Part shown: in pieces, positions 26,055 through 34,700 of the stretch | How the letters are laid out: each line of letters starts with the position of its first letter | Numbering within the stretch: position 1 is the stretch's first letter | DNA from: Caldithrix abyssi DSM 13497 | GTDB taxonomy: Bacteria; Electryoneota; AABM5-125-24; Hatepunaeales; Hatepunaeaceae | Reading direction: 5' to 3' | Length of the DNA: 64,000 nucleotides | Assembly (NCBI GenBank): GCA_945865405.1 | Contig: CAMBDS010000003.1 | Coordinates: forward strand, 143,436-207,435 | Notes under the pieces: model-generated | The model's database searches: none | Seen by the model: the letters and a program-made list of their open reading frames with translations, nothing else | Told to the model about the DNA's origin: nothing | Made by a program: the position numbers and the translations under genes

Positions 26055-29000
26055 ATGAGAGCAACGATACTGCTTACATTGATGCTTTTAGTTACAACAA
26101 TCGCCTTCGGGTCGCCAAGTTTCGAACAAAACGCGACCATTTCCCGAGCCAAGTTGCTCGCCTCAAGTCCGACCTCTGTTAAGATCAGCTACGATCTGGC
26201 AGAGATTAATCCGGAGACTGTCGAAATAGAAGGGGCTGAACTCTCGAGCTTCTCGCTCCCCGGCGAAGGCGTTATTGTCCAGAACGGAATGCCAGCTCTC
26301 CCCGGCATCAGCCGCTACGTCGTAATCCCACCCAAATCGGCAGTTGAATTAATTGTTACCGAAGATGGCACTCCCCGCAGGACTCGAGCCGAAAATCCTC
26401 CTCTCCTTACGAATGAACCGTCCATTGGTGAGCCAACAGTTTTCCCCAACGAAGGTGGTCTTTTTCCGCCAAATATGGCTGAACTTTCGGAGCCAATCGT
26501 CGTTCGTGGTGTCCGCTGTGTGCTGGTCACAATTTACCCAATTCAGTATGACCTCAATTCCGGTGAGTACGTCCATCACCAAAATCTGCAAGCCGAAGTC
26601 AGGCCTTGCGACGGCGAAGTCATCAATCCGGTTATATTCCCTGAAAGACGTGGAAGAAGCCGCGAATTCCTGAAGATGATTAGTCTGTTTGCGATCAATG
26701 GTGATGAGGTCGGTCGCGACGACCCCGACCGCGATGCCTTACCCCGATACAACGGCCATTACTTGGTTATTGCCCATGAGTCACTTCTCAGATTTGCTGG
26801 CACTTTTATCGAGTGGCGACGCAAAGCCGGATACAAGGTCGATCTACTTTCCGTCCCTAATGGAAATGCAACTGATGATAGTTGGATTCTGGCAAGAATT
26901 CGTGAAAAGTACAACGCCTATTTGAACGCAGGTCAGGACCCATTCGAATACGTTCTAACGATAGGTGATCGAAGTGGTTATTATGAGATGGGGAATCCCG
27001 GCGCAGTCCTCGAATCCCCACAAGGAGCGAACGTTTTTGGTGCCAAACATGGTGACTGGCTCTACGGTTGTGTAGAAGGCAACGACGAAGTCCCCGACAT
27101 CGCGACAGGACGCTGGCCAGGCGGTAATTCTGACCTTGTAGGCTTAATGGTCGGACGAACACTTGCCTATGAAGCCACTCCCGATATGGAAGACCCAAGC
27201 TGGTTCACTCGTGGTGGAGCCGTTTCGCAACACTGGGGTAATAGTCAGGAGACGGCATACCATGTTACCAATCCGTCGATGGTCCGCTGGGGGGAGTCTG
27301 TCCTTCGTAATCTAAATTATCGCGATATTCGCACACATGAACTTTTGAATTGGGATCAGTACGGACGCGAATCGGGGCCTGTCTTCAGACGCCTCCTGAA
27401 CGACGGCGCTAATGCCGTATTGGCACGGTCGGAAAATTACTTCTGGTGTACACGCAATCCACAGCGAAACTATTTCGATCAGGATATTCAGACCAATACT
27501 TCTTTCCCGTTCCGCTTGAACGCTTCAGGACACGGCGAATGGTCAGCCGAGATGGAGTTTCGAACCGGTTCCACAAACCAACTCAGAGGCTGGGTGGCGG
27601 TGACTTTCAGCTGGAATGGGCCGTTAACCGGTGCTTCGACCAGCCTCTGGTCAGATGAAGTACAAGCTGTAATGCTACACGACCTTCCGCTTGGCTGGGG
27701 ATATTCTTATGCTCAAGCACATATACCTGCCAACATCCACAACGATGGGATGATGCCGTACTATCGTACTGATCACAACTTCTTCGGCGATCCAGGCCTG
27801 AAGCACTGGCGAGGTGTCCCGCGTGAGGTTGAGATCGAAGGTCCTGCGTCTATTTCGACCAAAACCCGCCTTGTCGAAGTCGTTGTTCACCAGCCTGATA
27901 GCGACACTCCCGTCGCGAATGCAATCGTCAGTTTCTATGCGCCGGGGAATATACCCGCATTTGACAACGCCGGTTATGCCACTTATACCAGGATGTGGGT
28001 CAAGAACACCCGCTCAGACGCCGATGGTATCGCCCGTGTGGTTCTCGAATCGACCGACACTCTCATCAACCAGACTAATCTCTTCGTTACCGTTACCGGA
28101 CCCGACATCGTTCCTTGTTTCCATCAAGCCCGAATCGGAGCACAAAATTCCCTTGTGGAATTGCGCACTGTCGGTTATCAGGAAGAGCAAGGCAATGGCG
28201 ACGAACGACTAAATCCGGGTGAAGCATTCTCGGTCTCGTTATCGGCACAAAACCTTGGTCAGGATGTTGCTCCCGGAACTGTGGCAACAATTTCCACCTT
28301 TTCCGAATACATTGAGGTCATCGGCGAAAATACAATCACCTTCGACGATATCGCCGCAGGTGAGACAAACGCTGGCAATTCAAGCGTTGTGCTCTCTATT
28401 CTCCCTCACTGCCCAGACGCATTAGCTCGACCAGTGCTGAAACCTTCCATTAAGGTCGAATTCACCTCTGACGATAATGTCTGGAAATCAGCTTTTAATC
28501 TCGACGTCTGGGCTCCTCATCTCGAGTTCCGCTCAGTAGTGGGAGGCATCGAAATCCCTGACTCAGCAACCTCGATCAACGTCGAAATAGCCAACATCGG
28601 ACGCGTCAACTCCGGGGCAATCGCGGTTGATCTGCATAGCATGGGCCAAGGCGTCACCGTCATCGATGGCAGTTCAACCTTCCCGGCGATAGTCCCAGGG
28701 CGGACGGCGCGGCTCGACGGAGGCCCGTTTGATATCAGTGGCAACAAAGTCGTCGTCCCCGGCTCTCGCTCACCACTTTACATGGTCTTCGCGACCGAAT
28801 CGGGGTTTGTCGATACCAGTTTCTTCGAGTTACAGATTATGCACCCGCGCACGCGAGCCCCGATTGGTCCCGATAAATACGGCTACATATGTTTCGATAA
28901 TACTGATACTCTATGGGATAACGCGCCTGTCTATGACTGGGAAGAGATCAATCCGAACGATCAGCAATGCGAATTCGAAGGTTCCGCCCTCAACTTCCGC

Positions 29001-31538
29001 GGACAATCGGAGCGTGACCTCGGTGAAGCGATTGTCGTGCCGCTCGGATTCACCACCCAGTTTTATGGTCGTGAGTTCGACACAATTACCGTCGCCTCGA
29101 ACGGTTTTATCACGATGGGTAACCACCCACGAATGACCAACCATCACAACTATCCGCTCGATTCTGGAATCGGCGGCGTCGGGATGATTGCTCCTTTCTG
29201 GGACGACCTCCGGTTTAACCAAAACTCGCGTATCTTAATTTATCGGGACCGGGAAGACAGCCGGACTATCGTCGAGTGGCACCGTCTCAGACCTGCCACC
29301 GGAGATGCTGACTTAACTTTTCAAGCTATCCTATACGACAAAGATGTCTGGATCACCCAGTCTGGCGATCCGAACATTCTCATCCAGTACAAGGCTGTCA
29401 GGGACTCAATCGAGAATATCCGTAATGGCGATGCTGCCGAAACGACCAATAACCCCTATGCCTCTGCCGGTATCTGTAGCCCCACCGGCGAAACCGGCAT
29501 CAACTACATGTCCTTCAATCGTTATGCTGTCGGTGCAGCTCCCCTTGAGCCGAACAGAGCCCTGCTATTCTCAACTTCCGTCAAGTTTAGGGCGGGTATC
29601 CTTTATGGCAGGGTTACTGACGCCGCTACCGGTGAGGGCATCCCCGGAGCGACAGTCTATACAAAACACGGATTTGTGGCGACCACAGAAGATGACGGCT
29701 ACTGGCGAATTGCCGAAGCCTTGGCCGACATTCTCTTCGACATTACAGCTCACAAACAAGGCTATAACGACTCAACTTTCTTGGCAGATGTTGACAGCTT
29801 GATTATCCCGGAGGGTGATTCTCTCGAAATCAACTTTGACTTGTTGCATCCCGAGTTCTCCCCTTCGACTTACGACCTGTCAGCACGGCTTGACCCCAAC
29901 CGCTCTATCGATATTGGATTTTCCCTCTTCAACAGCGGCAACGGACCAATGGATTGGACCGCCGACAAACGACTCCTCGGCGATGCAAACGCAGAGCCTT
30001 GGCAATTAAGACGCGCTTACAATGTCAGCGACACGGTCGAAGACCTTCGCATCGAAGGCGTCCTCTTCGCCCAAGAGATGTTCTTTCTTTCTGGCGCGAA
30101 CGAAGCTGCAAACGTAGATGATAACCTTATCTACAAGCTTGATCGTGATGGAGCTTTGATCGATACATTCCTCCAAACCGGTTCATCTCGCTACGGCTAT
30201 AAGGATATGGATTGGGACGGCGAGTACATCTGGGCGGTTGGTCAGGACAGCGTTTATGCCTTAACGACTTGGGGTGAGGTAGCAATAAGATGGGCTCTGC
30301 CAATGCAAAATCCAGCCCCATACATCGCTTACAATTCGGACGATGGAATCCTATATATCAGCGGGACAACTTCCAATATCTTCCGCTTTGACAGGGACGG
30401 CAATCGTCTTGAAGGCGACCTCGACAATCTCGAATTAAAGACTTATGGTCTCTCTTATTGGCCCGAAGACCCAGATGGGCACAATCTTTACATCCTGAAC
30501 AAACCAAGTAATATAGAAAATCGTACAGTAGTCACCAAAATGGATGTCAACACCGGCGATACGCTTTCCGCCTTCGAGATTCCCCAACAGGAAGGATCAA
30601 CTGGCCAAATCGGCGGCTGGATAACCAACGAGTTCGACGTTTACAGCTGGGTCTTCATGAGTCTACAAAACGTTTCCGCCAATGGCGGAGGCGACAAATT
30701 GCAGATTCATCAGCTTGACGCACGCAAGGATTGGATGAACCTCGATGTCTGGGGTGGCAGGTTGGAGACGGGTGAAACACAGGAATTGGTGCTGACCCTC
30801 AACTCAGCAGCCCTTCCCGACACCTTATTCCAAGGCGAGATATTCTTCGTCCACAATGCCGATAGCGGTGTCGCTCATATCGCCATTTCACTCGATGTTA
30901 TCGGCCCCGAAAGGCCTTCCAATTTCGATCTGCTGACTCCTGTCGATGGTGACACTTTGCGAGCCCTCCCGTCACGAGCCGACTCGCTTCGATTGGCTGA
31001 ACTCCGGTTCTCCTGGATGCCGTCGTTTGACGCCAACTTTGACGATAATGTAACCTATATCCACTGCCTGCAAACCGGTGACCAAAAAGTCAGCTTTGCC
31101 GTCGCTGATACTGCCAATACCTTAAGCCTCGATACACTCGATCTGCCACTCTGGTTTGACACCCCGTTGATCTGGTGGGTGCAAGCCGTCTCCGGGCAGG
31201 ATACTGTCGAGAGCAACGCCCGGTTTACGTTGCAGATCGTCCCCAACAGTCTTGACCCGGTCGAAGTGATCCCTGTCGAATTCGGTTTACAATCAGCATT
31301 CCCGAACCCGTTCAACGGTCGCACCGCCATCCGCTTCGGAGCTGATCTTCGTCAGCAGACGACGCTAATCGCCTACGACCTCGCCGGACGTGAAGCCGCC
31401 CGGCTCTTCGATGCTGTACCCGAAGTAGGCTACCACACCGTTGCCTGGAATGCCGACCGACTTCCAACCGGAATTTATGTCCTCCAATTGAAGTCAGCCG
31501 GACGGACAAGAGTTGCTAAACTCGCTCTAATTAAGTAA
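26055..31538 (+). CDS. Giant gingipain (C25)-like T9SS-secreted protein, paralog 2 (1827 aa), catalytic Cys apparently absent
   Basis: GGGAGAG SD, then a signal peptide. C25-like core (YLVIAHESLLRFAGTFIEWRRKAGYKVDL; VLTIGDRSG), but FPFRLNASGHGEWS at the Cys strand. GPDKYGYICFD module. CarboxypepD_reg-like (GRVTDAATGEGIPGATVYT). Propeller-like repeats (MDWDGEYIWAVG). C-terminal domain FPNPFNGRTAIRF...YDLAGRE...GIYVLQLKSAGRTRVAKLALIK. Confidence 0.85.
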   Translation: MRATILLTLMLLVTTIAFGSPSFEQNATISRAKLLASSPTSVKISYDLAEINPETVEIEGAELSSFSLPGEGVIVQNGMPALPGISRYVVIPPKSAVELIVTEDGTPRRTRAENPPLLTNEPSIGEPTVFPNEGGLFPPNMAELSEPIVVRGVRCVLVTIYPIQYDLNSGEYVHHQNLQAEVRPCDGEVINPVIFPERRGRSREFLKMISLFAINGDEVGRDDPDRDALPRYNGHYLVIAHESLLRFAGTFIEWRRKAGYKVDLLSVPNGNATDDSWILARIREKYNAYLNAGQDPFEYVLTIGDRSGYYEMGNPGAVLESPQGANVFGAKHGDWLYGCVEGNDEVPDIATGRWPGGNSDLVGLMVGRTLAYEATPDMEDPSWFTRGGAVSQHWGNSQETAYHVTNPSMVRWGESVLRNLNYRDIRTHELLNWDQYGRESGPVFRRLLNDGANAVLARSENYFWCTRNPQRNYFDQDIQTNTSFPFRLNASGHGEWSAEMEFRTGSTNQLRGWVAVTFSWNGPLTGASTSLWSDEVQAVMLHDLPLGWGYSYAQAHIPANIHNDGMMPYYRTDHNFFGDPGLKHWRGVPREVEIEGPASISTKTRLVEVVVHQPDSDTPVANAIVSFYAPGNIPAFDNAGYATYTRMWVKNTRSDADGIARVVLESTDTLINQTNLFVTVTGPDIVPCFHQARIGAQNSLVELRTVGYQEEQGNGDERLNPGEAFSVSLSAQNLGQDVAPGTVATISTFSEYIEVIGENTITFDDIAAGETNAGNSSVVLSILPHCPDALARPVLKPSIKVEFTSDDNVWKSAFNLDVWAPHLEFRSVVGGIEIPDSATSINVEIANIGRVNSGAIAVDLHSMGQGVTVIDGSSTFPAIVPGRTARLDGGPFDISGNKVVVPGSRSPLYMVFATESGFVDTSFFELQIMHPRTRAPIGPDKYGYICFDNTDTLWDNAPVYDWEEINPNDQQCEFEGSALNFRGQSERDLGEAIVVPLGFTTQFYGREFDTITVASNGFITMGNHPRMTNHHNYPLDSGIGGVGMIAPFWDDLRFNQNSRILIYRDREDSRTIVEWHRLRPATGDADLTFQAILYDKDVWITQSGDPNILIQYKAVRDSIENIRNGDAAETTNNPYASAGICSPTGETGINYMSFNRYAVGAAPLEPNRALLFSTSVKFRAGILYGRVTDAATGEGIPGATVYTKHGFVATTEDDGYWRIAEALADILFDITAHKQGYNDSTFLADVDSLIIPEGDSLEINFDLLHPEFSPSTYDLSARLDPNRSIDIGFSLFNSGNGPMDWTADKRLLGDANAEPWQLRRAYNVSDTVEDLRIEGVLFAQEMFFLSGANEAANVDDNLIYKLDRDGALIDTFLQTGSSRYGYKDMDWDGEYIWAVGQDSVYALTTWGEVAIRWALPMQNPAPYIAYNSDDGILYISGTTSNIFRFDRDGNRLEGDLDNLELKTYGLSYWPEDPDGHNLYILNKPSNIENRTVVTKMDVNTGDTLSAFEIPQQEGSTGQIGGWITNEFDVYSWVFMSLQNVSANGGGDKLQIHQLDARKDWMNLDVWGGRLETGETQELVLTLNSAALPDTLFQGEIFFVHNADSGVAHIAISLDVIGPERPSNFDLLTPVDGDTLRALPSRADSLRLAELRFSWMPSFDANFDDNVTYIHCLQTGDQKVSFAVADTANTLSLDTLDLPLWFDTPLIWWVQAVSGQDTVESNARFTLQIVPNSLDPVEVIPVEFGLQSAFPNPFNGRTAIRFGADLRQQTTLIAYDLAGREAARLFDAVPEVGYHTVAWNADRLPTGIYVLQLKSAGRTRVAKLALIK

Positions 31539-31648
31539 ATTGTCATAAGAATATGCTTAGCGGCAAGCATCCCTGATTTGACGCGTAAGAATCCCCGCTA
31601 ACGATACGTCGAGCAATCGACGCGTCGATCCTGAAGCTTGTGATCCTT

Positions 31649-31680
31649 CTGCGCCCATCAGGTTAGCCTCATGGGCGCAG
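31649..31680 (+). terminator. Hairpin between the tandem C25 paralogs
   Basis: ctgcgcccat-(12 nt)-atgggcgcag. It lies 110 nt after the 31538 stop and 100 nt before the 31783 start. No U-tract. Confidence 0.35.
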
Positions 31681-31782
31681 TCACGTATGATCCAAAGTGT
31701 ATGCACTGCCGGATCACCTTTATTTATTCCGGAGTTACCTGACCGTAATTCCAATTCACCTGAAATCAACCGTCAAAGAGTA

Positions 31783-34700
31783 ATGCGCACAACTACAATT
31801 TCCTCGATCATAACCCTTTTCTTCGCCGCGACGCTATCGCTCGCTTCTGCATCTGCCGATTCCCAACCAGGCGCTCTTGAGCGTTTTGCCCCCGCAGCGA
31901 CCTTCGATGTCTCGAGCAGCGCCTCTAGTCTCGACCTTCGTATCGAAATCGAATCGGGGGACGCATCGAAGCTATTGAAAGAGGCGAGTCTCCAATCTTG
32001 GGACGGCTCACTTCCCGAAGCGCTCATTCGTTGGGTGGTTTTGCCGGATCACGGAAATGCCGAAGTTCACGTCAGCAACGTCGAAGCTACCCGCTCCGGT
32101 GAATCGTCGAACGATTTGCGGTCTACCCGGTTGAGTTCATCCGAGTTGAGCCAATTCACGTCGCTCGGTGCCCCCCAGACAATGCGTGGCATCCGGATGG
32201 TGCCATTGGCAGTAAGGTCGATGATCGTTGACAGCAAAGGCAAGACAATCGTCGCCAGCCGCCTCGATGTACAGGTTGAGTTTACGGGTGGTCAAGGCTT
32301 AAACGAGGTTGTCCATCCTTCACCAGTCACGGAAGGGTTCGCAAGTCTTATCCGCAACATGACCCTTAATCCTCCTGCAGAGTTTCCGCACCGCGACCCT
32401 GCCGCCGCCTATTCTTCGCGAATGTTGATCCTTCGACCTTCATCTCTTGCAAATCAAGCCGCCCTAAACAGCCTGAGCGCCTTCGCCGACTGGAAGCGTC
32501 AGCAGGGATTTGAAGTCACCCTGACCAGCGTAAATACCGCCAATACAACTCCTGTCCAGATCCGTGACCTTATCAGCGACGGCTACCCCGAAGATCCCTA
32601 CGACTATGTCCTGATCGTCGGCTGGTACTACTCATATTTGGATACCCTTAGGCCCGACGCAACCCTGGAATTCCCTGCGTTTGAGGTGGAAGACGATGAA
32701 TCCATACGTCCCGGTGACCTTTTCTATGCTACTCTTGACAACGAAGGCGATGAGACCGACGATTGGCTGCCTGATGTGATGATCGGACGAATGGTCGCTC
32801 ACAGTCCTGCTGACCTTCAAGCAGTCCTCAACCGCTCTATTCGATACGAGAGAGATCCGTATTCAGGTCCAAATGGTGATGGAGCTTGGTATCATCGAGC
32901 AGTTCACTGCGAAGATGGCGTAGATGCCGATTCATTGCTCAAGGATTCAGATTTCGAAATGGCTCGTTGGGTTGGTAATTTGCTCGCCAGAAAAAGTATG
33001 ACTACCTCTGTTTATATGGGCGGCAGGAATGATACTGAAGCAGATGAACGTACATCGCTGGAGGAAGGAGTCTCGATCGCTTCAGCCGATGGTTACCTCT
33101 TTGGAATGGCAGTAGGGACAGATGAAGGCGATTGGGACGAGGCCAACACAGGGAGGATGCATCCGTTTGTTATTGCCAATGCACATTACTACGACTATCC
33201 ACGGCTATTCCCGTTCTTCAGCTCAGGGACACTAAACGATCCCAACGGACCCATTGGTGCTGTAGGATTTGCCTTTGGCCATTGGGATCGCATATCGCGA
33301 CCCTTTGTCGCTGGCGCTCTCAGGGCGATAATTAATGGCGACGACAAAACCATTTCTAACTTCTGGTTGGGTAGCGCGCTCAACGTAATGGGAAATTTGG
33401 TGACAATACATCCTGACAGTTCGCTTGCCATTTTAGAGTTGAAACAAAAATTGTCACAAGTAATCATGCTGGGAGATCCGACCGTAAATCTCTTTCTCGA
33501 TCTTCCAAAAACACTTGCCACCGACTTGCCGGAAACACTCTACCCCGGCACCACGGTTCTCGCTTTCAAGTTGACTGATGCAGATAACCAGCCCGTCTCC
33601 GGTGCAACCGTCGCAATCAGTCAGTCTAATCGCATACACCTCGTCGCGTGGACAGATGAATCAGGTAACGTCGCGATCTCCATCCCCAACGGAATCGCAG
33701 AAGGAAACGTTCAGTTGACCGTTAGCAAGCAAGGCTACCAGCCGGTCTTTCTTGCAAACTTGCCCGTCGAATATCCCCCGGTCAATCTTGTCCTGCAAAA
33801 TTTTACGCTCGATCCCGACCCGCTTGTCAACGGCACCTCCTCAGCATTGGGTTTGACCATCGAAAATGATGGTGAAAATGACGCAGAGGAAGTCGATGTC
33901 GAATTCAAGTCCGACTCACCGTTCCTCACTTTCTCGCGCAACAGCGCGGCTCTCGACAATATCGCATCGGGTGAAAATGGCGGGCTCTCCTCGGAGGTCA
34001 ATCTGATTCTCTCGCCTTCCTGCCCCGGCGGGACAATCGTTCAAGTCTTGCTCAACATGTCCTCCAGAAATGACGCCTGGCAAGCCGCTTTCGAGTTCAC
34101 CACATCAGGTCCTCATTACGATGCTCCCTCCGTAGTCGTCTATGAAAATGTCCGCCCCGGCGCCGAAGGAACAGTCTCGCCACGACTCGTCAATAGCGGC
34201 GACCGCGCCGGAATTGCCCTCAATGCGACGCTTGTCAGTCTGACCGAACATGTCAGAATCGTGGAGGGCAACCGTAATTACGGTGCCATTGCCACAGGCG
34301 ACACAGGTATGCCCAACAGCGCCTTCAGAGTCGCAGTCGATACGCTCTTCGTTCCGGGACAGTGGGCTGAGTTTGAGCTAAGGCTCACCGGCGAAGGGAA
34401 CGTCGCCACCGCCCTTCGATTCCGCAAAGTCATTTCCCAAGCCGATGTCAACGACCCGATAGGCCCCGACAATTACGGCTACTACGCCTTCGATAGCCGC
34501 GATGCAGGCTGGGCACAAGCCCCGACATTTGATTGGATCGAAATCAATCCCGATTACGAGGCTGGTAACGACTTTGATGGCGTTCGACTCGATCTTCAAG
34601 ACGAAGGTGATCGAGGCGGATCATCGACGCTTATCGATTTGCCATTCTCATTCAGATACTACGGCAAGGACTACGACCAGCTCGTCATCTGTTCGAATGG

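Noticed and set aside
31687-31782. N-terminal 32-codon extension of C25 paralog 3 (track start at 31687)
   Set aside because: The extension (MIQSVCTAGSPLFIPELPDRNSNSPEINRQRV) precedes a perfect signal peptide starting at Met33 (31783). It also overlaps the intergenic hairpin region.
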